64,000 nt of DNA. Source: a virus. Below the pieces are notes generated by a model. That model was given only the letters and a program-made list of their open reading frames with translations. It searched no databases and was not told the DNA's origin. The stretch lies in the IMG/VR virus record IMGVR_UViG_3300028908_000006, positions 1-64,000 of that record; one strand, 5' to 3'. Shown here piece by piece: positions 55,325 to 64,000 of the stretch. Within the stretch, counting starts at the first letter, position 1, and the number at the start of each line of letters is the position of its first letter. The position numbers and the translations under genes are program-made.

Positions 55325-56331
55325 TGCCCTACGATATTACAACCTTTAAAGAGTATATAGAGAAAGAGGCGTATTCGATCTTCTTCGACTCGCTTCCTGC
55401 CCCGGACCAGCCTTACTATCAGTTCGTTGAGGTGGATGAGGATACCGGTAAGATTCTCCACCAGACAGATTCTCTTGCTTACTCCGGGACTCTTGATACC
55501 TGGGAAGAGGGAGACACCCTCACTTATGAAGAGCCTCAGTTCGGTTATCCGGTGTATGGCCGAGTGAGGTTCTTCAGGAAGGGACGTAAGCTTACCTGGC
55601 ATCAGCAGCAGATTCAGTCCCTCGCGGACCAGCTTCTGGCTCAGGTGCGTGATTGGGCCTGGGCTTATACCAGGACTAAGAATGAGTGGATTCGCCGGAT
55701 GATCGAGGAAGGCGCTTTGACGGCTGGTTCTGCAGTATTCAACCAGTCCATTGCTGGTTCCGATCCCTGGACAGACCCAACTGGTAACTTTATCTATGAT
55801 AACAAGCCTTTCTTTGCCAATGACCTGTCTGGGACGGGTGGAAGCGACAATCGTCACCCTCTCAAGACAGATCCTACTAAGCTTTATGAGAACTATGCGG
55901 CTCTTCCGCTTACTTATGATAATTTGCTCACGGTTTACAACAAGATGGTCCAGAACAATGTTGACGACTGGGGCCGTAAGATAGAGGTGCGACCTGATAT
56001 TCTCCTGGTGCCAACTGCTCTTGAAGTAACTGCTCGTCAGCTGGTGGAAGCCGACTTCGCGCCTCATGATGATACCACTCCATCCAAGCCTAACCCGTTC
56101 AAGAATGTGCTTCGGGTAGTGGTATGGCCTGAGCTTCAGGTAAGTGATGGGTGGTGTTTGATCGATTCCAAGATGAAGGGAATCGTGGTGCTTGAGAATC
56201 CGGCTGACGTTGACATCAACGTTTGGATTGATGAGAAGGAGCGGGCGCTTTACTGTGACATCGTGTGTAAGTTTGGTGCCTATGTAAGGAACTGGCGTCC
56301 GTTCTTTGGTTGTAACTATCCTCAGAGCTAA
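55324..56331 (+). CDS. major capsid protein (Mu gpT-like HK97 fold)
   Basis: YDNKPFFA...HP, RPDILLVPTALEVTARQL, NPFK, WRPFFG. Confidence 0.85.
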   Translation: MPYDITTFKEYIEKEAYSIFFDSLPAPDQPYYQFVEVDEDTGKILHQTDSLAYSGTLDTWEEGDTLTYEEPQFGYPVYGRVRFFRKGRKLTWHQQQIQSLADQLLAQVRDWAWAYTRTKNEWIRRMIEEGALTAGSAVFNQSIAGSDPWTDPTGNFIYDNKPFFANDLSGTGGSDNRHPLKTDPTKLYENYAALPLTYDNLLTVYNKMVQNNVDDWGRKIEVRPDILLVPTALEVTARQLVEADFAPHDDTTPSKPNPFKNVLRVVVWPELQVSDGWCLIDSKMKGIVVLENPADVDINVWIDEKERALYCDIVCKFGAYVRNWRPFFGCNYPQS

Positions 56332-56345
56332 TCCCTGAGATTATA

Positions 56346-56393
56346 GGGGTGGCGCTGGGCTTCCGTCTCATGGTGGGTGCCTGGCGCTGCCCT
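56346..56393 (+). other. GU-rich 15-bp RNA hairpin after the MCP gene
   Basis: GGGGTGGCGCTGGGC...GCCTGGCGCTGCCCT; no U-tract. Confidence 0.55.
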
Positions 56394-56422
56394 TCATCAT
56401 ATTATCATAGGAGGATAATAAA

Positions 56423-56584
56423 ATGCCAAGGGGCAAGCGAAGTGAACCAAAGTTTAAGGACTTTGATGTCTTTACTAAGGAAGTTGCTGAGGCTGTTAGA
56501 GAAGGCCGTGTGTTGAAAATCAAAAATGGCTGGAGAGTGTTCTATGGCGAAGAAAAAGGGAAGAAAGAAGAAGAAAAAGTGTAA
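56423..56584 (+). CDS. 53-aa hypothetical protein
   Basis: AGGAGG RBS; MPRGKRSEPK. Confidence 0.55.
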   Translation: MPRGKRSEPKFKDFDVFTKEVAEAVREGRVLKIKNGWRVFYGEEKGKKEEEKV

Positions 56585-56603
56585 AAAGAAGAAGTGATGA
56601 AAG

Positions 56604-57575
56604 ATGTTAATTTCTACACCATGCCATCCAAAGGCAAATTCCTATGTTTCGTATGAGGAACTTGAAGACGCCCTCTCTGTTTTTGATTGGTGGGAAGCTT
56701 TAACACCAAAACGGAAAGAAAACGCCGCCATATTAGCCGCAAGTGCTATAGACGCCGTCCCGTATATTGGGAGGAAGCTCCTTTTAGGACAAAGGCTTCA
56801 GTTTCCAAGAGCAGACCATCCTGTTCTAAAAATAGAGGGAAACATACTTCTGCTTGTGGAAAACTATGAAGGTGTTGGGGCAGAAGTAACAGAGCCTTCT
56901 ACGAGCTTTTCATTTGATATAGACATCTTCCCAACCTCTCTCACTATCAAGTATAAGATAGGCGGGAATGATTATTCTGTTGGTATGGATGACGATGGAA
57001 GCATAAATGATTCCTACGTCTCGGGGTATTGTGATCGCAACCGTGGCCGTGTCGAATTGACATTCACGGTCTCTCCTGATGTTGGGTCTTCGATTACATA
57101 TAGCGGTGATGGTTACCATAGAAAGAAGGTGAAACACGAGACTCTTGAGGCCGATCCTGAAAATGTCATGGAAGGGTTCATGAACACCGGGGCCGTTAGA
57201 TGTGTTGGAGATGACTTTGACATCATTTCAAGTATCACGGCATCACACCCCAGGAGTGGTATTCTGGAATTTGAGAACCTCATCCCTGGGCTACCTGATA
57301 CAGAGACGCATTTTTACATAATTGCACCAATACATGAAGACATAAAGATTGCTCAGCTCATTCAGACTGCTCATATAATAAACCCAACCGGGGTATTTCC
57401 AGTTGAGGGTATCAGGATAAGGAAGATAGCCGATACTATGGTTTCATTTTCAGATCGTATTCTTGGTTATTCTCGCTATGTAAGAATGGCCTCCAGGTAT
57501 GGGCTTCACCCTGCTGCTTTCACCAGATTGATACCTTATTCAATATACGGAAAGGCTGAAGTGGGTGTCGCATGA
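56604..57575 (+). CDS. head-tail adaptor with a large beta-rich insertion
   Basis: ANSYVS...QRLQFPR ... IKIAQL. Confidence 0.65.
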   Translation: MLISTPCHPKANSYVSYEELEDALSVFDWWEALTPKRKENAAILAASAIDAVPYIGRKLLLGQRLQFPRADHPVLKIEGNILLLVENYEGVGAEVTEPSTSFSFDIDIFPTSLTIKYKIGGNDYSVGMDDDGSINDSYVSGYCDRNRGRVELTFTVSPDVGSSITYSGDGYHRKKVKHETLEADPENVMEGFMNTGAVRCVGDDFDIISSITASHPRSGILEFENLIPGLPDTETHFYIIAPIHEDIKIAQLIQTAHIINPTGVFPVEGIRIRKIADTMVSFSDRILGYSRYVRMASRYGLHPAAFTRLIPYSIYGKAEVGVA

Positions 57576-57937
57576 TCTCTCATATAAGCGATGACATTCT
57601 CGCCGGAGCATACAATAATTTTGTCGATATAATACTTGTCAAACGTGATGAATATCACAATGAAGAATCCGTGCAGGTTGCTCAGGATGTTCCGGCAAGG
57701 ATCATAAAAGAGTCCAGGTATGTAAGAACCTACCGCAGGGACAAAGGGATAGCTGAGACTCACGCTTTAATGTATGAGGTAATGATACGGATAGACGAAA
57801 CATCGCGCCATATACTGACCAAGATAAGAAAAGGAGATATAATAGTTTTCAATAACAAAGAACATTGTGTTATCGATTCGACAATACTATACTCTCTTTC
57901 AGGAAGAGAGGAATATGTCAGGATCATAGTAGCATGA
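57572..57937 (+). CDS. head closure/stopper protein
   Basis: position; IRKGDII. Confidence 0.55.
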   Translation: MISHISDDILAGAYNNFVDIILVKRDEYHNEESVQVAQDVPARIIKESRYVRTYRRDKGIAETHALMYEVMIRIDETSRHILTKIRKGDIIVFNNKEHCVIDSTILYSLSGREEYVRIIVA

Positions 57938-58344
57938 TAGTGGAATGTCTCCTGGAAAAACTAAAAACATTGCCAGATACACATTCAGCAATAGTGGCCT
58001 GGGGAGATAAACTGAAACCAGGCGAAACGTTGTTTGCTTACAGGGAAGGGGATGAAGAGCATGATTGTGTCTGGATTAGGGCTGATACAGCCTACTCCCC
58101 AGATATGACAGATTCAGGGATGTTTGATACGAGAGTATCTTTGTTTGCAAGAAGTTTCAATCTTCAGAAGGGAAAGAAGTTTATCGAGGCCATAATAAGT
58201 GACTGGGATGGAAGAGAAATGGTATGTGGAGACTATGTGTTTTTGGTTCGTGCTGAATCTGTTGAGGCGTATGCCTTCCTGCTGGATGCACTTGGAAGGA
58301 CTACCTGGACGATAACGTTCTATATAGAGGGTCGTCGTGCATAA
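57934..58344 (+). CDS. neck/tail completion protein
   Basis: position; ATGA-coupled start MIVE. Confidence 0.5.
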   Translation: MIVECLLEKLKTLPDTHSAIVAWGDKLKPGETLFAYREGDEEHDCVWIRADTAYSPDMTDSGMFDTRVSLFARSFNLQKGKKFIEAIISDWDGREMVCGDYVFLVRAESVEAYAFLLDALGRTTWTITFYIEGRRA

Positions 58345-58738
58345 GGTTATTGAGTATGTAAAAACAAAGCTTGAGACTTGTGTGGTTCCAGAGTTCCCTG
58401 GGACTACGATTTACACGTATGCTCCACAGGCAATGAAGTATGAAAGGCCATTTATAGGTATCCAGTATAAGGGCCACACCAATTCTACTATCATGAGGAC
58501 CATAGGACGGGTTCCAATAGAACATACTATTGATCTTGTTATAGGCGCGAAGGAGACATCACCATCCTCATCTGAGGATTGGTTTGTATCAGTTATAAGC
58601 AAGGTGAAGGATTGTTTCAGGCCGTGGGTGATAGAGAATGATCTCATGCCTATCTCCACAACATCCATGGTGGAAGACGACAACTATTCACGCCTGAAAG
58701 ATAGCGCCACCATCACGATACGCATACTCGAAATATAA
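58337..58738 (+). CDS. tail terminator-like protein
   Basis: position before the tail tube; RPFIGI. Confidence 0.5.
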   Translation: MHKVIEYVKTKLETCVVPEFPGTTIYTYAPQAMKYERPFIGIQYKGHTNSTIMRTIGRVPIEHTIDLVIGAKETSPSSSEDWFVSVISKVKDCFRPWVIENDLMPISTTSMVEDDNYSRLKDSATITIRILEI

Positions 58739-58750
58739 GCCAAAATAACA

Positions 58751-58797
58751 AGCCTAACTACTTCCTCCCAAACAAAATAGATGAGGGAGGAAGACTA
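58751..58797 (+). promoter_or_regulatory. second copy of the 22-bp late element, with RBS hairpin
   Basis: AGCCTAACTACTTCCTCCCAAA identical to 55277-55298; CTTCCTCCC/GGGAGGAAG. Confidence 0.75.
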
Positions 58798-59780
58798 TGC
58801 CACAGGTAACAGGCTCGTTCGGTAGAGTAGTAATAGACACTGAACAGACATATAAGACTGAAAAAACAACGAAGGCTGGATGGATTATACCATTCACTAC
58901 GTGTTCTCTCGGTAAGGATCAGAACCTGCTTGAGAGTAACACCATCTCTGCTTCTCGTAACCCACAACAGCCCGGTCTCGGGCAGATAAACGTATCCGGC
59001 GACCTGAGTGTTGAGCTTGGTGGAGCGGCCCACACTCGCCTTCTCTACCTGGCTCTTGGTGGTTACTCTGTAACCGGGACAGGGCCTTACACCCACACCA
59101 TCAAGGTTGGGTCGTCTATCCCATCCTTTATTACAGAGGTTCGTTTCTCTGATGGTGATGCTTTCACTCGTTATGCGAAATATGATGGTTGTAAGATCAA
59201 TCAATGGTCATTTGCTGTCAGGACTGATGCCTTTGTAGAGAGCACCTTCTCCATCATAGGATCTGAAGAGGTATTCGGCAGCACGGCTTACCAGGCTGAT
59301 ACAGATCTTGAAGATCCCGGCCTGAAGCCATTTACGAACTACAATGCTACTCTCTATCTTGGTGGTAGTGCGGTGGCCTTCATTACCGAGATTTCGTTTA
59401 CTGTTACCAATAACTTGGATGAAAATACATTTGCTATTGGGTCTGGCTCTGCCAGGACTTCGTTGCCAGAAGGCCGGGTGGCGGTCAATGGTAGCTTTAC
59501 TGCCCAGTTCGTAGAAGATGTTGAGACCTACATAAACATAGCTCAGAATTCTGATGAAACTCAGATTCAGATAGATCTTCAGCGTGGGACTGGTGATGGG
59601 ACCGATGGTAATGAGAAGATTTCCATTCTGTTTCCTGAAGTGAAGCTGCAACCGCCCCGTAAGGAAATCCCTGGGCCTCAGGGAGTATTCCTTACGTTTA
59701 ATTTCATTGCTTATGCTGATGATACTGATTCTGCTATACAGGTCACTTGTAACAACAGCATAGCTGATCTGTCCATCTAA
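58797..59780 (+). CDS. major tail tube protein
   Basis: VSGDLSVEL, YDGCKIN, FTVTNNL, PEG..VNGSFT, IPGPQG. Confidence 0.85.
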   Translation: MPQVTGSFGRVVIDTEQTYKTEKTTKAGWIIPFTTCSLGKDQNLLESNTISASRNPQQPGLGQINVSGDLSVELGGAAHTRLLYLALGGYSVTGTGPYTHTIKVGSSIPSFITEVRFSDGDAFTRYAKYDGCKINQWSFAVRTDAFVESTFSIIGSEEVFGSTAYQADTDLEDPGLKPFTNYNATLYLGGSAVAFITEISFTVTNNLDENTFAIGSGSARTSLPEGRVAVNGSFTAQFVEDVETYINIAQNSDETQIQIDLQRGTGDGTDGNEKISILFPEVKLQPPRKEIPGPQGVFLTFNFIAYADDTDSAIQVTCNNSIADLSI

Positions 59781-59795
59781 GCTTAGAACGAGTGG

Positions 59796-59872
59796 CGGGG
59801 AGTGGCGCAGTCAAGTAGCGCATCTGCCTTGGGAGCAGAAGGTCGGCGGTTCAAATCCGCCCTCCCCGACCA
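59796..59872 (+). tRNA. tRNA-Pro(TGG)
   Basis: CGGGGAG...TCTGC-CT-TGG-GA-GCAGA...GTTCAAAT...CTCCCCG-ACCA. Confidence 0.9.
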
Positions 59873-59911
59873 CTATCTAAACCAAAACACAAAAAAGGAG
59901 GTTTGTTTTAG

Positions 59912-60151
59912 ATGGCCACAACTTACAAGCCGAAGCACTACAAGGATGAGATTAAGGTAAGGAGGCTTTTGTGGAAGGAGGTGACAAAACTCCGTAAGCT
60001 CGAGGAAGATGCAAAGGACAATTTTGAAGTCATGCGTATTGTAATGGAATGTGTGGTTGAACCAAAAGAAGCGATTGATGAACTCGATGTCAAGGAGGTA
60101 AAGAACATAGTTGATTACGCATGGGGACTCATAGACGATTTGACAACCTAA
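59912..60151 (+). CDS. tail assembly chaperone (G-like)
   Basis: position; AAGGAGG RBS. Confidence 0.65.
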   Translation: MATTYKPKHYKDEIKVRRLLWKEVTKLRKLEEDAKDNFEVMRIVMECVVEPKEAIDELDVKEVKNIVDYAWGLIDDLTT

Positions 60152-60564
60152 CGAAGTATTGCGAATGGTATTTTTCAAGAGACCAGGAATACTGCTCTCA
60201 TTGTAAGAAGATCCACAAAGACAGCCCGCCATGTGATAACTGTAAGTGGGGGGAAAAGGCAGCCCCCCACTTATCTCCATTCGAGCGAGAAGTCTTCGAC
60301 ATCTACCTGATGATTTCAAATCAGGTGAGGACATCTTTCGGTGGTGTCGTTGGGCTTGACTACAATGTCCTTTTCAGTTTGTTTGACATCCTTGGAATAG
60401 ATATGGATGACAGACTGATGTATTTCAATGGAATAAGGGTAATAGAATCATATTATCTAAAGTCACTTGACGACAAGAGAAGGAAGATGGAAAGGCAGGT
60501 TACACAGGCAGATAGTAACACTACCAAACAACTAATACCAAAATCAATCTCTGGTAAGAGATAA
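60121..60564 (+). CDS. tail assembly chaperone extension (T-like, -1 frame)
   Basis: NQVRTSFGGVVGLDY motif; overlaps G in the -1 frame. Confidence 0.65.
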   Translation: MGTHRRFDNLTKYCEWYFSRDQEYCSHCKKIHKDSPPCDNCKWGEKAAPHLSPFEREVFDIYLMISNQVRTSFGGVVGLDYNVLFSLFDILGIDMDDRLMYFNGIRVIESYYLKSLDDKRRKMERQVTQADSNTTKQLIPKSISGKR

Positions 60565-60589
60565 TTTTCTGTTTAACAGATAGATACAC

Positions 60590-61030
60590 ATGAGGCTCCA
60601 TCACCCATCTATGCTGAAAAACATCATTCATGAAAAAGTATGCAATAGCATGACAAAGAAGCTTGAAGTGTTTATTGATAAGCTCCATAGTGAAGTCCAG
60701 CGCAGGACAAGATTCTCATTCCAGAGATGGAAAAAGGAATTTCATTTTTCAGGAAGCAATATAAGGGCTGCCGTGTATCTTCCGTTTGATACTGGAAACT
60801 CTGCTTCGAAGGTGAGATACACGGCGAACTTATACAACAACCCGTATTTTGAGGCGAAGTTTCCAGGAAAGATCCACCAGCCGTTACAGGAAGCCCTTGA
60901 GTCTCTTGGTATCAGGTGTGAACCGGCACGTGGGACTCCGATAAAGCCAACACCGTGGAAGGAAGGCGCTCCAAATCTTGGAGTGAGGATAAATATTCAT
61001 GATTTTGTAAGGATTCTTGAGGGGATGTAA
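60590..61030 (+). CDS. hypothetical protein
   Basis: 146 aa before TMP. Confidence 0.5.
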   Translation: MRLHHPSMLKNIIHEKVCNSMTKKLEVFIDKLHSEVQRRTRFSFQRWKKEFHFSGSNIRAAVYLPFDTGNSASKVRYTANLYNNPYFEAKFPGKIHQPLQEALESLGIRCEPARGTPIKPTPWKEGAPNLGVRINIHDFVRILEGM

Positions 61031-64000
61031 ATGGCCAGAGATACCGTAAGGACGGAAGTAGAGGTCCAGATAAACCCTCTAATTGATGGTCTCAATGACC
61101 TCATAAGGGCCCTTGAGATCTATAAGCAGGATATTCCTCGTGGTCTTGATGCATTCACACGGGCCCAGGAGCAGTTTGCTACCTCTCTGGAGAAGGCCAG
61201 CAAAGCGCAGCGTTCTGCTGCTGGAATGCTGATAAACCAGGTGAAGCGTGATGTAAACTCCGTCCTTAGGGAATTCGATAAACTGAAGGTAAAAGCCGGC
61301 CTGATTGCAAAGGAGCTATCGGATATTGCTCCAAAAATTGGCGGGGAGCAAGCAAAGGAGCTTGCCAGAGAACTCTCTATTGTTGAGAAGCAGGTCAAAA
61401 ATATTGCAAACGATTTTTCAACTGTTCTTCCGAAGGCTCTGAAAGAGAATCGCCAGATACTCACGACTCAGTTCACAACCGATCTCAGGAAGATAAGCAG
61501 AGAGTTTGATAACATCGTCAAGAAAGCTCGCCAACTAGCTGCTGAGAATGAAAGAGCCGAGCGAGCTGAGAGAAGGAGACTTATAGAGACTGAAAGGATA
61601 CGCGCTCGTTATCAAGACAGAGTATCACGCATAAGAACAGGCGAGGAATTCAGGAAGACAGCACGAGAAATATCCTCTGTAAGAAGGAATGTCCAGGCCC
61701 TGGGCAGGGAGATAGAGAAGGAAGCTTCCAGGCTTGATACTCTCAATAAGAAGATGATGGCTGGGGCACGGAGCCTTGAACAATTCGAGGCCCGTGTCGC
61801 AGCTAGAATGAAACAGCAGGAAAAACTCTATGCCATTCGTGGACGTGAGCTCTCTCTCATAGCAGAGAGAATGCGCACCTATCCATTTCAGGCCCATGAG
61901 CTTGCTCGACCAGCAGAGCAAGTAATAACATCGATGTGGATTGCCGGGCCAAGACAGACACTCAAGACGTGGTGGGCTGAGGCCGGTAAGATCGCAGAGA
62001 AAGAAGGGCGAAGGCAGGCCGGTGTCTTCATCCAATCCTTTGGGCAGTTCTTCAAACAAAACTTTGCAAGAGCATTTGGGGCCTGGTTGGGTGCCGCCAT
62101 TACAACCTTCCCAATCGCTTATGGTGTTATTTCTACAATTGGGGAGCTGAACCGGCAATATAACGTGCTGGTTGATGTCTCTCGTTATGTCCAGTCAGCA
62201 ACGGTTGGTGTGGCCGGGACGTTTGCTGATCTCTCCGGGATAATGAAGAACATCATATCCCTCTCTGTCAAAACAGGAAAGAGCTTCGAGGAAGTTGGTA
62301 AGGCTCTCTGGGAAATGAAATCTGCTGGTTTTGGTATGAGGGAAGCTCTTGCTGGGACAGAAGTGGCATTGAAACTCACCATGTTAGCTGGTGGCGGCAT
62401 AGACATAGGTAAGGCCACAAGAATAGTGGCTGGTATGTATAGATTGTTCAAAGATCAGTTTGCTGGGATCGCTGATGAAACGGAACGCTTCAAAAATATG
62501 TTTGGTGAAGTGGTCTATGTCCTTAACTCCAGCCAGATAGCATTAGACGAACTATTGAGATCATTTGAATACTTTGGTGCTACTGCCAAAGCAACAGGAA
62601 TGCCTCTTGAGCAGATGCTGGGCTATCTATCTGTGCTATCTGATGAGAGACTTCCAGGGGTAGGTAGGGCGGCCAGGCAGGCTGCGAACCAGATAGCCCA
62701 GGCCATTCCAATGATAGCAGCCAGGTATGGGATCGTTCTTGACTCATCTAAAAGCCTGGCTTCTGAAATGAACAAGGTGTTCGAAGCACTCAATGCCAGG
62801 ATAAAAGATGGGACGCTATCCCTTGAGGAATTTTCAGTCTGGATGAAAGAAGCCGGAGTGAGAGGCGGACCTGCTATCATAGCGCTCGCACGTAACTGGG
62901 ACAAGGTGAAGAGGACAATTGAATTGTTGAAAGACTCTCAGAAATCTCTCGCAATGGATTTCGATGAGTTCTTCGAAACCGTTGCTGAGATAAGAATGTC
63001 AACTTTTGAGATGCAATGGAACCGCCTCAAGAACGCCATCTTCGGTGTTACAGCAGAAGGGATACATCCTCTCAAGAACGAGATGGCCGATCTGTTCAAG
63101 ATAATGGCTGATGGATTTGAGACTTTATGGAAAGCTCTTGATAATACAAGTCTTGCCCTTGATGCCTTACTTGCAAGTGCCGGCGCCTTCATTGGAGCTC
63201 GAGTTGGTGCCGCCACAGGTGCAATGTTTGGTGGTCCGCTTGGAGCAATGATAGGCGGATCACTTGGTCTTGGTGCCGGTATAGGGCTTGGTAAGTTCCA
63301 GCATTGGTCTGAAGAACAGATCCAGAAACAAATAATAGGATTCACGTATGATGATCTGTCGAAAGCCATAAACAATCTCTTTGCCCCAGAACGTTTCGTG
63401 CCGCTCATAGAGGACGCTCTTTCAAATGTCAAGAAGAGCATGGACACCGTGGATGCCGCTTTTGGAGACGATCTCATAGAATCGTCATTTTCGTATGACG
63501 AAGCAAGCGTGAAGGCGGCAGCTGAGAGGATAGCAAGAGCATTCAACGCCCAGTTCGTGCTGGCTATATCAAGTTCTAATCTGAAAGACGAAATAAGTAA
63601 GAAGCTTAGTGAATCGTTCAGGATTGATCCAGATGTCATAGCCAATATGATACAGTCCGGGGCCACGACAGAGGAGATATGGAAGTATATAAACGATAGG
63701 TTACTTGAGGCCGCTGAAGCTGCTGGTGTAACTGAAGAACAGTTGCGATCTCTCACGACAACTTTAAAGGAAGGTTATACAGAGACAAAGAGATATGCCG
63801 ACAATCTGAAATATTTTGCTGAGACCCTTGTCTTGGCTTCCACAGGAAAGAAAGGGCTTGAAAACGCTGCCATTGGCATAAATGAGAATTACAAATCCCT
63901 TCTTGTTACTCTTGGGCGTCTGTCAGATAAGCTTTATGAAATAAAACAAATAGAAGCAAGAATTGCTGCCGGGGAATCTGGTGATGAATTGGCCCGGCAA
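61031..64000 (+). CDS. tape measure protein (TP901-type), truncated by the window
   Basis: MARDTVRTEV..., helical; KTGKSFEEVGKALWEMKSAG; Gly/Ala-rich hydrophobic segment; appears open to the window end. Confidence 0.85.
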   Translation, partial: MARDTVRTEVEVQINPLIDGLNDLIRALEIYKQDIPRGLDAFTRAQEQFATSLEKASKAQRSAAGMLINQVKRDVNSVLREFDKLKVKAGLIAKELSDIAPKIGGEQAKELARELSIVEKQVKNIANDFSTVLPKALKENRQILTTQFTTDLRKISREFDNIVKKARQLAAENERAERAERRRLIETERIRARYQDRVSRIRTGEEFRKTAREISSVRRNVQALGREIEKEASRLDTLNKKMMAGARSLEQFEARVAARMKQQEKLYAIRGRELSLIAERMRTYPFQAHELARPAEQVITSMWIAGPRQTLKTWWAEAGKIAEKEGRRQAGVFIQSFGQFFKQNFARAFGAWLGAAITTFPIAYGVISTIGELNRQYNVLVDVSRYVQSATVGVAGTFADLSGIMKNIISLSVKTGKSFEEVGKALWEMKSAGFGMREALAGTEVALKLTMLAGGGIDIGKATRIVAGMYRLFKDQFAGIADETERFKNMFGEVVYVLNSSQIALDELLRSFEYFGATAKATGMPLEQMLGYLSVLSDERLPGVGRAARQAANQIAQAIPMIAARYGIVLDSSKSLASEMNKVFEALNARIKDGTLSLEEFSVWMKEAGVRGGPAIIALARNWDKVKRTIELLKDSQKSLAMDFDEFFETVAEIRMSTFEMQWNRLKNAIFGVTAEGIHPLKNEMADLFKIMADGFETLWKALDNTSLALDALLASAGAFIGARVGAATGAMFGGPLGAMIGGSLGLGAGIGLGKFQHWSEEQIQKQIIGFTYDDLSKAINNLFAPERFVPLIEDALSNVKKSMDTVDAAFGDDLIESSFSYDEASVKAAAERIARAFNAQFVLAISSSNLKDEISKKLSESFRIDPDVIANMIQSGATTEEIWKYINDRLLEAAEAAGVTEEQLRSLTTTLKEGYTETKRYADNLKYFAETLVLASTGKKGLENAAIGINENYKSLLVTLGRLSDKLYEIKQIEARIAAGESGDELARQ

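Noticed and set aside
54697-56067. 456-aa ORF from the track
   Set aside because: The N-terminal 280 aa is the antisense shadow of the MCP gene; only 54697-55227 looks like a real protein
46826-59872. tRNAs as prophage att sites
   Set aside because: No integrase, no duplicated tRNA 3' ends, and phage genes on both sides
61120-63756. Several - strand ORFs
   Set aside because: Antisense shadows of the tape measure gene, which the track missed because it has no stop in the window

Overview
A 64-kb segment of a large tailed dsDNA bacteriophage, probably siphovirus-like (tail tube and tape measure present, no sheath seen). Sigma70-type promoters, AGGAGG RBSs and several proteins resembling those of thermophiles suggest a thermophilic bacterial host (inference). 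Layout: (1) 1-9.8 kb leftward: Nmad1/DUF1599, DnaG-primase/ATPase fusion, Csx3 ring nuclease, RecA, class II RNR; (2) 9.8-29.4 kb rightward replication/recombination operon: SbcD, sigma factor, SbcC, HU, T7-gp4-like primase-helicase, UDG-PolA fusion, SSB, clamp loader, resolvase, PyrE, ThyX; (3) 29.9-42.2 kb leftward early/accessory genes: SNF2, beta-clamp homolog, JAB protease, many small ORFs; (4) 42.2-43.6 kb non-coding control or terminus region; (5) 43.6-49 kb regulators, SpeD, tRNAs; (6) 49-64 kb virion morphogenesis. Main leads: a CRISPR-free Csx3/Crn3 as candidate type III anti-CRISPR; an RHH-like protein with a 27-bp-periodic palindrome array echoed at two distant loci; an unannotated 17-aa hydrophobic peptide with a fully antisense sRNA (type I TA-like); two primase-helicases under overlapping divergent promoters; a fusellovirus VP2-like protein in the head module; an intact JAMM protease; a splicing-dead stand-alone intein-like protein; and RBS-sequestering hairpins on late genes. 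All family calls come from motifs recognised by eye; no database search was run.
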